Position numbers and translations under genes: made by a program. A DNA stretch of 64,000 bases from Rhina ancylostomus (lineage: Eukaryota). The number at the start of each line of letters is the position of its first letter. Position 1 is the first letter of the stretch. A model generated the notes under the pieces. That model was not told the origin of the DNA, ran no database searches, and saw only the letters and a list, made by a program, of their open reading frames with translations. The stretch lies in the NCBI GenBank assembly GCA_030265395.1, contig JARFYF010000001.1:92538037-92602036 (forward strand). The letters run 5' to 3'. Below, one piece after another: positions 25,990 to 39,288 of this stretch.

Positions 25990-26280
25990 CAACTATTGTT
26001 TCAATGTGATGAGGGGGTTCTGCCTCAACCAATCTTTCAGGTAGTGTTCCAAACTCATACCACTTTTCACTTCTTTTACTCCGATTCATGGTCCCCTGGT
26101 TTTTGCCCACTCCACTCAAGAGAAATAGGAGATTCCTGTTTTTGCAGTCCAAATCTTTCATAAATTTATATAGCTCAACTAAGTCTTCCCTCATCCTCAT
26201 TTGTTCCAAAACAAAATGATGCTAGCTAACCTAATCCTTTCCTACTAGCTATAATTTTTAAGTTCTTGGTAACTCACAGT
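25990..26280 (-). mobile_element. CR1 LINE fragment
   Basis: ORF 25982..26209 begins MEQMRMREDLVELYKFMKDLD, the CR1 'LEqRRlRGDLIEvYKim' motif. Confidence 0.7.
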
Positions 26281-27629
26281 AAGTTCCTGCTTCAGTTTCA
26301 TTAATGCGATAGATAATTAAGTATAATTTAATCTAAGTGGTTTCTCTGATTGATCAATTTATTCATAAAGCTGATTTTGTTGTTTTGTGGAGTAGGGTGA
26401 GAAAATTACTGCATACAATGGTCTGTATCTCTGCTTCTTAATGCACGACTCCTTTGTTCATTTCAAAATATGTAAGTGCATCTCATGCAGTGTTTTTAAA
26501 CATAGTTAAAAATTATAATGTTTACTTTATTTCAACATAACACGGGGATAATTAAAATCTGCTCCAACAACTAAAATAGTTCTGTTACAAAAAGAGTAAA
26601 GACACTGAATGGAAATTTGTTTTTGGACACCTACCCGAAACGTGTAGTAGGAGAGTCCAACCTTGGATGAGTAGTAGCTTTTACCAGCTAAAACTTTTGA
26701 AACACAAAATCAGCACTTTCAGCCCCTCCCATAAACTTTGTATCCTCATCACCAGCACCATCCCTGCTTTGTTCGATTGAACAGACTATTTGTATCGTGG
26801 TACATTCTCTGACCCAGACTGAGCTTTCTACCAGATATCCTCTCCCTCACAAAGAAGAACACCATCTGCTATCTCCATTTCCAATTGTGCTCTTCTGCTG
26901 CCAAGCTCTTCATTCATGCTTTTGACAGCCCTCTAATACATTTCTCCAAACCTTTTACTTGACCACATGTAAACGTACACTTTCTCAATAACATTTTTAC
27001 CCGAGGACGACTGCAGGAATTAGCATTAAATAGTGTTCTGGGTCACCCTGATGCTGTTTGTGAAAGTAAGTCAACAAACTTTAGTTGGGTGGCAGGGGGT
27101 TGCAGACCAGCACCATAGGCTCTCCCTGTGTAATGCTGCACTAAAATTGATATTGTTGGTTTGAATGCAACACTCTTTATTGATGTGTGGCAAGTTCTTT
27201 CAGCTATCACCAATTAACTCGGTACATGCAATCTTTCTAAGTCATCCTTAAAGGGGCACATCACTGTGCAAATAACACTCTTGCAGTCATTGGGAAATGA
27301 GGCTGCTAAACAAATGGATTTTGCAGTGATGGAAGAGGTGTGGAAGAATGTTCCCAGGTATGAGGGGAACTGGAAGTGTCTGCAAGAAGCACATGTTTTG
27401 TGTGCTGGTGCCATGGAGACCCTCCCAGGCTTGCATATTCTTATTTCTTCAATTAAATCAATGAACAGTGCACCCTACTTCTTATGTGATGGATTGGCAG
27501 GATTTTAATCCCAATTTTAGAATGTCCTTTATATTTCAAATATTTTAAATGAGCAACATCTTTTTTTGCCAGGGCATGCAAATAAATTAAAATGAATGCC
27601 TTACCTAATACTTAGATATCTTACTTAAT

Positions 27630-27935
27630 AGCAACACAGGAAGTGGCCATTCTGCCCAATAGGTCCATGCCAGCTTGCAGGGGAGAAATCCCATTAGCTC
27701 CATCACCCCACTTCCTTATTTCCCAATTCCCCTGCAATTTATTCTCTCTCTCATGCTCATCAGCTCCCTTTTTATTCTTCTTGCCATTAATCTACACTAA
27801 TGGGTAAATTGCAGGAGCCAATTAACCTATCAGCACATCTTTGGAATGTGTGAGGAAACCCATGTGGTCATGGAGTGTGTGAAAACTCCGCACCAGAGGT
27901 CAAGATCAAAGCTGGGTCACTGAAGCTGTATATCG
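27630..27935 (-). mobile_element. HE1/V-SINE
   Basis: ggccattctgcccaat…ccaattaaccta…tctttggaatgtgtgaggaaaccc…aaactcc…gatcaaagctgggtc (V-domain and B box in reverse). Confidence 0.75.
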
Positions 27936-29259
27936 CAAGTCTTTCTTTAAAAAAAGAATTGTTCAGCTTACCTACTAACATTGCAAAAATATATGGCTCT
28001 CAAAGTAATTTTCTGTTCACAACCATTGCTGCATGCCTTCACTGTGTGGGCTGCATTCTATCCATTTAACTTTATAGGATAGAAAGTGGCACTCACTCAA
28101 TGTTTACTACAAACAGATATAGATCTGAAAGGCAGCTGTTGAAATCATACTCGTGTTGCTGGTGTCATGTATAAGATGTTCTATTTATTGGGTTCATGGC
28201 GTGGGCAATGCCTCAAACAGAAGCTTCTGTCAGAGGTGAGAGTTATGGAAGACTTTCAGGAAATGAGCCTGAAAGAACTATGTCCGGAAACCAATTTGGA
28301 TTAAACAGAGGCAGAAGTACTACTATTAGCTGACCTAGATTATCTTCAATGCAAACTTACATAAAGTTGAGCAAAGAAATTGCTAGGTATTTACTGAGGT
28401 GAATAATAGTGTCATTCACATTTAAAAAAATATTTAACCAGTAAAGTCTGTATTTGAAGCTGCACATTCCAAACATATTTTCCTGCTTTATAATGAAATA
28501 TAATCATAGAACATTTAAAATCTAAAGCACGAAACAACTTTGAGAAAGGATACCCAAAAACTTACGACCTGTGTTTTCCTCTGAAAGATACGTGAGATTG
28601 CATAAAGTCCTGTCATCTCAAACTTGTAAAAAGGGCACAAAAAACAAAAATCCCCTTAATTATAAATGGATGGAACTGCTAATATTATTCCCTGAACAAC
28701 AGAAGTATAGAGTCATGTGGAACCAAAATAAAACCAGACTTATTTCAGTCACACTCAAACAGAGGCTGCAGTTATTTGTAAACTCTGGCAAGGCACCAAT
28801 GTGTACTTTCTCATTATTGCAACAGCCAGAATCTCCAATGACATATACAGAGTGGCACAAGTATTAGTGAAAATAAATGGACATTAAAAACTGCAGAAAT
28901 CTCCAACAGGGACATAATCAGGGACACCAACTTAAATCTTTTAATATTCTACTTGTAATTGCAGTATTGTCAATCTTAATGTTTAAATGTCTGGCCAGTT
29001 AAGAATTAGAAATAATGTTTTTGCATAAATTTAGTTTTTGATCTGAGTTTATTTAACAATGAAGTTCAGATTGTGGGTGATGCCCAGTATGCAAAATGAG
29101 ACATTGGAGTAGGAGCAGACTATTTGACCATTTCATCCAGATCCACCATTAAATAAATGGAAGGCTGATCTGCCCCTTTAACTTCATCTTCCTGCATGAT
29201 GAGACGAGTGACACCTTCCATTAGTACAGGGCCTTGGACACAAATGACACCTTCCATTT

Positions 29260-29560
29260 ATAAAGGATCTTTAATGCTGTAGAATATCCCAAGACCATTA
29301 TCCCACAAGACTTTTACCAGCCAAAATTAGACACCGTGCTACATCAGGAAATAATAATAAAGATGACAAGTTTGGTGAAAGTAGTGGCTTTAGGGAGTGT
29401 TAAAAGGAGTCAGGAGAGGCTGAAAGGTGTAGGAAAGGAATTCCAGAGCTTAGAGTCTTGGCAGCTGAAATCACAGCTGCCAATAGTAGAGCTATTTAAA
29501 TTGGGATTAATCCAATATTAGAGGAGACCAAGTACTTCCAAAGGTTATACAACTGGAGTA
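29260..29560 (-). mobile_element. L2 LINE 3' fragment
   Basis: ccaaaattagacaccg…gatgacaagtttggtgaaagtagtggctttagggagtgttaaaaggag…ggaattccagagctt…ggcagctgaa. Confidence 0.6.
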
Positions 29561-30034
29561 TTTTTCTGCAACACATAACTTCATTAATTCCCTCATTATC
29601 CAAAATCTAATAACCTTTGTTTTCAACGTACACAATAACCAATCATCCAAAATATTCTATGGAAGAGGTTCGCAATCCGCAATTAATAAGCTAATGAAAA
29701 TATTGGTAATTCTGAAACCACAATTTCTGCAAAACTGAATATATACACATTAACTTTTGCTTTGCTTCAATTTCCATGCAACTACAAAGGCAAAGTAAAC
29801 ACAATGACAAATGTCAGGGCTGAATATTCTTCTGTGCCATGCAATGTTTCGATTCATGCTTCGTGAATGAATTTTATCTGAAGTCTTATTTCTTGCATGC
29901 AGGTGACATGGGGTAAGCCTCTACTGCAGCATTAGTCAGAGATGGTTACCCCTGTGCCACTGCAGGCAAGTCTAGTACAGCAATCATTTTCCAGATTTGC
30001 CTGCCTTTAAATACTTCCCTTGATGTTCACTCAT

Positions 30035-30475
30035 ATCCCAGAGAGCTGGGAACGCAGCCCAGTCCATCACACAAACCAGCCTCCCCTCCAGTGACTCCAT
30101 CCACACTTCTCACCGTCTTAGGAAAGTAGCCAACATAATCTTGGACCCTCCCACTCTGGACATTCTCTCTTCGCCCCCTCTTCCATCAGGCAGAAGGTAC
30201 AAAAGCCTGAGAACATGTACCACCAGACTCAAGGACAGCTTCTTTCCCCACTATTATCAAACTCTTGAATGGACTTCCCACACACGAAAGACGGATTCTT
30301 GATCTCCCAATCTACCTCATTATGGCCCTTGCACTTTATTCATTTACCTGCACTGCATTTTCTCTGTAGCTGCATTGTTTTCTTTTATTACCTAGATGTA
30401 CTCAAGGATGGCATGATCTTCCTGGAGGGCACACAAAGTTTTCTCCCCCCACAGTACATGTAATAAACCAATACA
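30035..30475 (+). mobile_element. Rex1/Babar LINE 3' end
   Basis: Encodes …PLPSGRRYKSLRTCTTRLKDSFFPTIIKLLN, the characteristic Rex1/Babar C-terminus, followed by a 3'UTR with aataaa. Confidence 0.85.
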
Positions 30476-31639
30476 CTCCTGCATATTCCTCATTGATATT
30501 GAGTGGTCAATAAACTGGCAATTCAAACCCCACCTGAACAGCCTAATCGTGCGTCCACTCATCATCTGACTGCGTACCCATCCTACACCCCTGCCCAATT
30601 TGCCCCATCCCCCACCCCACCCATCATCATCCAATCAAGTGTGCCCTGATGCCTGCCCCTTGCTCACCATGCCCTTACCCCACCAGTGCTCCTAATGACC
30701 TGACTTCAGACCAACCCAGCCACCTGCTGGTCCCTATCTGCTCACCATCATGATCCATGCCTACCCATGCACTTTCACCAGCTACACAATGCCTAATAGA
30801 ATTAATCTGCCCAAGGGCCTCGTACGAAACTACCTCAGGACACCGACATAATGGCATACCATCCATGATTTCAGACATGGAACTCTCTAATTTATTCCCA
30901 AGTTTCCTGATAACTATTACCATCCTTTATCACTTTGTAGTAACAAGTCCATTTTTTAAAAAAGAACTCAATTCAAATCAGGAAAAAAATTTCAAACACT
31001 TAATGTCAATACCCATGCGTGAAATGTTGTGACCTAACAGCCATGAAACATTCCATTTTACTATTTCTATATCCCAACAAATGTGGGTCTTATGGCAGTT
31101 ATTGAAGGTGGAATTCAGATAAAAATTAGCTTAGACAAAAGGTGTCTGCCACTTCAGAACTGGGTACATGGCATAAGTGCCGGAATCATTTTACTCCAAA
31201 GTAGGAAGCTGCATCTGTTGCCATGCCAGTTCTTAGAAATAATTATCCATTTATCCCAATTCATTCCAAAGTAATTGAAAAAAAATATTCTTCCATAGTG
31301 TTTTTGACACTGCATTCCGTGACTGAGTTATCTTTTTACGTAAAAATACCTCGAAAAAGTCTCCACCCCATCCTTTTGTAAAGTAAAAAGTATAGCCTTT
31401 AGTTCCTGACTCACCAACCAGTGGAGATAGATTTATCTTGTTAGCTATCAATTCTCTTTTAAGCCCAGTATTGTATCTTCAATTAAACATTTCAAAAGGA
31501 TGAATATTTAAAAACACTCCATTTTTTTTTGTCTAAGACCTCATGTTCTCCATGAACTGCTTTAGGCATAGTGCAGTTCAAACTACTAGAGAATTGTGAT
31601 GTTTGCAAAGTAACTTTTGTACTACTTCGCAATGACAAC

Positions 31640-31955
31640 TGTTTAGATACTGCTCACTGCTCCAGCATCCTAGGGTTTGATCCTAACCTCCAAAGCTGTC
31701 TGTGTGGAGTTTGCAAATTATGCCTGTGATCATGTGGGTTTCCCCCCAGCAAGCTCCACTTTCAATTCCCTACATGTGTAGATTAATAGGTTAACTGGTG
31801 ACTGCAAATTTACCCTTTGAATGTAGGTGAGAGGTAGAATCTGGGAGGAGTTGGTGGGAATGAGGGGAAAATAAAATGGGACCAGTGTAAATAGGTGCTT
31901 GATGATGTGGACTTGGTTCACTGAAGGGCTTCCTTCCAGTGCTCTATGATTCTAT
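31640..31955 (+). mobile_element. HE1/V-SINE
   Basis: B box gggtttgatcct, V-domain gtctgtgtggagtttgca…tgtgggtttccccc, CR1-like tail tgaagggc…gtgctctatgattctat. Confidence 0.8.
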
Positions 31956-34704
31956 ACTGCAGGCATATAAATATACTGCTGCCCTTTTCACCATTGTAAA
32001 GTGCTTTAAGACAAAATCTGGGGGCTGCACAGATGAGAAGAGGAGAGCAAAATGGTTAAGAATCTATCAGAATAGTGTAATTTTGATACCTTTTCCTGTT
32101 GCATGAGCAGAACCTGGCATAATTCTGAATTTGTTCCAGTTTTCTGTAATCTTTGACTGTAACCATTCTTGACAATGAAATATATCAACAAAACTAAAAA
32201 GTACAACCACAAAACAAAACTAGAAAGCTGTGCTTACAGCAATTGAGTGACAATTAGGAATACATCAGCCATACCAGTGTAGGTTTTAGTTTAATTAAGA
32301 TTTTAGTTTTAATCTAAAGCCATTGCTTTTTAAAACAATAACAATGGCATAAGTTCTCATTCAGTATATTTCAATTAATTTACTCCACTGTTTCACTGGA
32401 CAATATTCCTTGGAAACTTAATTTAAGGAACTAATATATCACATAAACAACCTGACAGTTTCTTAAAACAACAAACTACAGGAAAATTGTTCTCCTAAAT
32501 CTTGCTGGATAGAGAACTTCCTCATTCAAGTAAATCAGAAGTCCATCAAGTACCAACACTAAGTGGCATGCCACCCTGTAGATTATTTATAAAGATTCAG
32601 AACTAATCTGATCTGAAGCCGTGAGAACTACAGCAGGATCACACAGACTCTGTTTATACTCTATTCTTGGTTTCAGATTTTACCCTGAGTTTGGTATGAA
32701 GTAGATCTGGGCTTTCTGGGAGTAAATGTTAGTGCTGGGCATAGGCCAGTATTATTCTTGTTGTTTTACAAAATCCAGCACTGAGATATCTCTTAATTTA
32801 TTTATATCATTTAACTGATTTGTGGTGTACAAAACATTACAAGCATTAATATTTCTGAGAAAGACAAGAGATTAGAAATTTTAGTGTGCAATGTATTATT
32901 GCTCCTATGCACAATAATTTTTCCTTTAATACAACCACCTCTTTAAGGATGCTACAAGAATATTCAATGAGAAAAGTTCCAGAAGGAGTCAATTGGAAAG
33001 TAACCAACACTAAAATGCTGATTCTGTGAACTGTTTCATGAAAATATACTTGTTGATAGTCAATAATTTAAATTATTTCCAGTAACTTAGAAAGTGAATG
33101 GGGAAAATATTGAGACATTGTCAGAAGTGGTGATTGATGAAATTTATATACCATACTTAGATAAGAATACAGAACATCAGGTAATTTACCCCTCCTCCTC
33201 ACCCAACCCCTGACCAAGATAACAGGTGAACATGCACTGAGATAATAGAAAGCTGTGTGATTCAATGGAGTGAGTATACATTGAAACAAATGGAACGACC
33301 CAAACCAGTAAATTTTCAGGTAATATGTTTGGAGAATGGAGAAAGTGAAGGTTGGAGTTCACTGTGTTTATTGAGCTGGCTACGGCAGATAAACCATAGC
33401 AGGCTAAAAATAAAGATATTATATCTTACTGGTCACAAGGGGACAGACCTGTACCATGCTGTAAACTCCTCAANNNNNNNNNNNNNNNNNNNNNNNNNNN
33501 NNNNNNNNNNNNNNNNNNNNNNNNNNNNNNNNNNNNNNNNNNNNNNNNNNNNNNNNNNNNNNNNNNNNNNNNNATGAGACTCTGATGTACCAGATTCATT
33601 AAAACCATGTTGCAACATGCCTAGAAATGAAATGGTGGACCGTTAACCTCTCTTTTTCACTCAACAAGAACTACGAAATTCCTTTCTCTTTCAAAAGAGA
33701 CCTAAAATTTTTAGCAGATAATTGCAATTTCACAGATTTAAAGGATCTGTTCATCAGATTGGATTATTTGTGGAACCTGGGAGTTTAGCCTGAGGGAACT
33801 GCTACTGTGACTCAGAGTTAATCCTAGAAAAGTGTAAACAGCAATGCAAAGCTTCAGAGCTATTCAAAACCAGATGAAAAATGTTGGATGGCCAATAATA
33901 GGAAATACATGTTGCAAAGCATGAGGCAAAAGGCAGAAAAGGGAAAGCCTGCTTGTATTTTGCAAGGATTGTGGACAGTGGCAGGAGCAGTTGAAAAATA
34001 AATGCTCTGCACATAGGAAAAAAAGTACTTAATATGCATCGTAAAACCATTTGTACAAGCCTTACGTGATGAAGAGGACATCAGAGATCCATGGAGTGGA
34101 AGAGATGAGCTGGACAAAGAGAGAGGGTTAGATTCAGAGTTCTGGTTGAACACAATGCACGTGGTGTTAAACAAAGGCAATCTGTGAAAGAATGGGCTCT
34201 GGTATGTAGAGCTGGAGGGGGAGTTCACATTTAACCTGCTTCAGCACACCATTCAGTAGAAACTATCTGAGAAGAATTCCATTTTGCAACACACCACCAG
34301 AAGAATTTCAGCGAAGCTGATGTTGCACTGCATGTCTTCAGTGGGATAAAGATGACAGCAGATGATATTGGTCCGGAGAAGGAGAAACAGAGAATGAAGC
34401 ACAGTCAGACTATGACTGATTGCTAATAGCCCTGATGCTGGCAGAAGCAATTGAAGTGGAATGAGCAAAATTTGAAGTTTATGGATCACTTCATCTCTAA
34501 AAAAAATGATCTGAGCCCCAAACCACTAGAAGTCAAGACAGTGAAAGAGATACTACACCCAAAAAGGTACCGCAGGAGTATAACACTTGAGGTACATCAA
34601 CTGTCTGAGACCAGAGTAAAGTGCAAGTCACTCAGACAGCCAATCAATGATGTAGAATGGTATTGGTGAGATACTCTTGATTGAACAGCCAAATATTTCA
34701 AAAG

Positions 34705-35025
34705 GTACATTCACAGCAGCACCTATGTTGCAACGCTCTTCTCGCATCCCCATCAACCACACACTACCCCCACTAATTCTCATGCTAACCACCTCTACTA
34801 GGGGTAATTTACAGTAGCCAATGAATCTATCAATCAACAGATCTTTAACATGGTGGGGCAGAGGGAAGGAAACCAGAATCCTTGCGGGACACCCATGTGG
34901 TCACAGTCCAAACTCAACACAGACATGGGTAAACTCACAGACCTAACTCAAGGTCATGATCAAACATTAAACCCAGATCTCGAGCTGTGATGTAGCAACA
35001 ATAACCACTGCACTACTGTGCCTGT
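34705..35025 (-). mobile_element. HE1/V-SINE, decayed
   Basis: ctaggggtaatttacagtagccaat…gaaaccagaatcc…acccatgtggtcacag…taaccactgcactactgtgcc. Confidence 0.7.
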
Positions 35026-35149
35026 TGGACTTCTACCCAGATCACAGTTCTACACAAGAGATAAACTGAACACCAATCAAACGCATTCACTCCTCAAATG
35101 TGGAAAGAACAGCTGCCTCCACAGAGATAGACAAAGTGCCTACTGACCA

Positions 35150-35480
35150 GGGATGAACGGGGATATCAAGGGAGCACGTGCAGAAATGCAAGCAGTTCTG
35201 ACCTCGAGAAAAGCAAACAGCCAAAAGAAACAATGCACTCTCTTAGAAGATCCTGGGCAAAAGTCAGAGCGAGATTTGTTTCACTGGGATGGGGAAGTGT
35301 ACATTGGATTATATTTCAAATTTCTGGGAGATGGCCTTATAAAACATACACTCATTGACAGTCAATCTCAAGCTTAAAAGACAGATATGGTTGTTCAGAC
35401 AGACAGATAATATGGTTAGACCTTTTGAAAATGTTATTGAATATGACCATACAACTATAAATTTCAACAAGTAATCATGG
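35150..35480 (+). mobile_element. Possible highly decayed AP-endonuclease of a non-LTR retrotransposon
   Basis: GDIKGAR (GDFNAR-like), TLDYI and DH motifs occur in the right order across frameshifts. Confidence 0.3.
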
Positions 35481-36479
35481 ATGTTTGTTAGATGTTTTGG
35501 GAAGATTGATATACAAATTCTATGGAAGAAACTCCAAGGCAAGAACTCCTTTTAACCAAGATTCAAGAAAAAAAGTTACAAGATATTTATTTACTTATCT
35601 TTTAGACATTTTCTCATGTTCCACGTAGAATAGTGCTTGTGCATCACTTCAAGAGTTTGGCTATTCCAAAGTCACAGTACTATTGCAACTAATTGGCAGG
35701 GTTTTTTTTTGAAAGAGCAGTCAACACCTAAGTTTTTTTGAGGTGTGTATGAAGGGCTTGTGGAAGATTCTTGATAAAGAACTCAAGATTAGAAAAGAAG
35801 CTAGTTTTTTTTTAAGAAAGGTATGGACACACAAAGAATTGTGGTTATTATGGCAGAACCAACATCATTTGGAACCACCACCTTCTCAGGAATTAAAGGT
35901 TCAGCCTTAAAAATTTCACAAAGCTGCCTTGACTTGCAGTAGACTATCTCCTTGAGGGACTAAAGTGAATGGAGGCTAGTGAAGAAAACTTCGACCTTCT
36001 GAATCCAGACTCTGTCAAACCCTACATACGGCATCCAACACAAGCTCAGATATCAGTTTCTTGAAGGAAAATGCATCCCACTCCAACAAACCCTCCATAG
36101 CAAGTTCATTGGTTAGCCCTTTCTAGTGCATTCAATATGCTTCCCTTGTTGATATTTTGCAGCAGAGATTGGACTCAGGAACATGTGCCTTATGCAAGCA
36201 CATGACCTGCCTGTTTTCCACCTTCAAACCTTTGCAAGCCACACAATCAGAATTCAAAGCCAGTTTCATACAACATGAAACAGCAATCAATTTCAATTGC
36301 CACTTTTTTTTTTAAAATACAGTGTAATCTTTAACTTCTTGGGACTGAAATGTTTTTGCTGTTTCGTTGAGTTGTTTTAACCCACTCTTCACTTTATTCC
36401 ACTTGTGGTCATGAATTTCACTCCCTCGCACATCAAAAATCAAATCATCAGGCAAATAACTTTGTAATGTTTGTCTCCA

Positions 36480-36850
36480 AGTCAGCAGGTTGAGAGGGTC
36501 TGGGGCACACAATTTGGGTTGACACTCTAGTGTAGTGCTGAATGATGCTGCAGCTGCTGGAGGTGGCATCTTTAGGTTGAGGCTTTAAACTCTCAGGGGG
36601 ACATTAAAAAATTTCATGGTGCTCTTATCTCCAGTATGATGGCAAGTATTTATTACTCAATCAATTTCACAAAAATAGATTATCTTGTCATTATCCCACT
36701 GCAGTTTTGAGAGTCAAAACTGCTTGCAAATTGTTTGCCTCATTTCCTACTTCACATCAATAATTACATTTCATAAGTACTTCACTGGCCATGTAGCACT
36801 TTGGAGGATCCCATGGTTGGAAAAAGCACCACATAAATGCAAGTCGTTTT
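36480..36850 (+). mobile_element. Deu-SINE (SacSINE1-like), near full length
   Basis: gtgtagtgctgaatgatgctgca…tggaggtggcatcttt…agattatcttgtcattatc…catttcctac…tacttcactggcc…taaatgcaagtc (L2-like tail). Confidence 0.75.
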
Positions 36851-39011
36851 GATAGCAATTTATGAAAGAGTGGGAAGTGCAAACAGTATTGGTTTCAACT
36901 TATCAAAATTTTGGCACTTGATTTGTTAACAGGATTGCTCCTTGTAATCTAGAACAGAACTTCTATTCTCTACGCAGCAAAAAAGCAGCAGATCTGGAAT
37001 AGAAATAAAGGTGACGTTCAATTGTTGCTTCCTTGGCAAAATACAACTAATTCCTAACCAAAAGGAAATATGATTTGGCAACAGTCTTTTCCTTTAATAA
37101 AACAAGTCTCTTGTGCATTACAGTGCTGAACCTGGAATCATTCAATCATGAACATGCTTGTGTATTATCTTTCAGGCTGCTGGCAGTAAGCCTCCTTTTG
37201 TGGAGTTCAATTGATTTTGGGGAAGATAAACTCACTCATTTCTCATTCACCACCAAAAAAAGAGACATTCATCAAAATGCAGTTTTAAGAGGAAATTTAT
37301 CTGAAAAAAAATAGTACTGTCATCTTTGGTTCACATGTTACCGCTTTGTGCTGTGATATGTTAGTGTTTTAAAATCTTATTTATGCTATTAACATATTAT
37401 TTAATCTTCATAGTTGTTCCTTTCCAGATCCATACTGTCCCTTGGAAATGGTGGTTGTTTATTACCAACAAAGGATGCATTTATTGAATGACCTAGTTCT
37501 GAACATATAGATCAGGTCTGAAGGATGCATGACAATGTGTGCTTTAAAGATCTTGCATGTGCTGGCCAGTAGAAAAGACAGAATTTAAATTTCTCTCCAG
37601 CATTAACAAGTGAAACTGGTTCTCTGAGGCTCTCCAGTACGTTTGTACACAACGATAGAGTAGACAACATGCATGCACAATACATGCATTACTTTAGTGT
37701 GTCTTCAACAGTTAATTTCGTTTGTATTTCCAGAGTTACTTAGTCTACACTTCCCCGACCAAATCCTGTTCTGAACAGAATTCTAACTGTACATAGAATG
37801 CCAGTCGCTAAACCACATCCCATTCCACATCCATTGTACGGAAGACACCATCCAAGCAAAACATTTAAGTATAACATTTCACCTTTAGTTTGTGGTTTTA
37901 CATGCACTGACTGTAAGCCAAGCATGCCAGCTGTTGTCTAGAGAAAGCAATTTAATAAGTCTATTGACCTTTGGAAATACAGTTTTCTTAGAAAATTTGC
38001 TATATGAATAATTGACCTGCTTTATAAACAAATATGCATTTATCAATTCTTTAACTAGCCACGGGGTACTTGATCATTACTGGACAACCATAAGCTTGCA
38101 AAAAAAATTGCAGTACTTATAACAGGAGTGTCTAAATAAGTTAGGTTATTTCAAGATTCAAACATTGCTTTACAAATGTTTAAGCAAATATTATAAGTAC
38201 ATTGCTACTTCACAGCCCTGATACACTTCCAGTATTAGAATGCCCAAATAGAATTGTTGAGAAATCAACTTTTCTAAAGATGACGTTTAATGTACATTTA
38301 ATTTCTTAACATAAACAGGCAAATGTGGAAATGTTTCTCCATTATTTGATCATGATTTTCTTCCAGAGGTAAATTGTTAAATCTTAAGTGCGACAATTAA
38401 CATATCAGACAGTTCTTACTAAAATATTCACAGTGTAACAGATATTTTATGTTCTATGAGAGAGCTTCACACTAGTCAGGAAAGGAAATCAAGCTTCAGT
38501 GAAGCAATGCCTTTCAGAAATTTGCACAAACTATTCCCACAAGTCTTGCACTAATAAGGCCTTGCATCAGTGCACAGAGCACTGAGCAAAATCTGTATGG
38601 TTTGATTGGCAGTCAAGTTACATATCAGGCTTCCAATTCCCTGCCACCAGTTGACAGAGTTGGTCAATTCTTAACAGGTCTGCAGCACAATAGGAAAATG
38701 ATGGGCCCCTCAGAGAGAGAGAAATGGTTTATTACAAATTCACCAATGGTTGTCTGAATTTATAATTGTCCTTTTGGTATGCTAGGCAGACTGTAAAGAG
38801 AAGTTATTTATGAATTTTGTCTGGTCAACAGATGCTTACCATAAGCCTATGGGATTTCCTTTGCTACATTAGGTTCTCCGTACCACAGTTTCAAAAAAAA
38901 AATTCAAGATCAAAAATGCTAAAGGAATATGTTAGAGAAGATACTTTTTCAAGCCTTTTACTTCCAAATATGAATTAACAACCTGTTCAGTACAAAGATT
39001 AAACATACTAT

Positions 39012-39288
39012 TGTAGCGGCAAGCTATGGGTAAACGAAACTCACTTGTATCGTTGCAGGTTGTTGAACAAGAAGACTGAATCCCTTCCTACCGGCGCTTA
39101 TATCCAGTTTGAAAGTCCCGTGCTCTCGTCGCTTTGCTGACGTCATGCCGGTCAGCTGACATTTGCCGTGCGCGGGCTTTCATCGTTATTAATGGAGATG
39201 TAGGACCCGGCTCCATCTTGGGCCGGGGAGCTCCATTGGCATGAGCTGCCGCGGCAGCTGGTTTGGAGCAGATAGGTGCGTCACTACA
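39012..39288 (-). mobile_element. Solo LTR, probably Gypsy-like (277 bp)
   Basis: Inverted termini TGTAGCG…CACTACA (TG…CA); sharply bounded CpG-rich block; on the minus strand CCAAT, CRE, TATA and Inr occur in U3-to-R order. Confidence 0.75.
39074..39239 (-). promoter_or_regulatory. LTR promoter motifs
   Basis: CCAAT (39235-39239), YY1-like CAAGATGG (39213-39220), TGACGTCA (39138-39145), TATAAG (39102-39097), Inr TCAGTC (39079-39074) about 25 nt downstream of the TATA. Confidence 0.5.
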
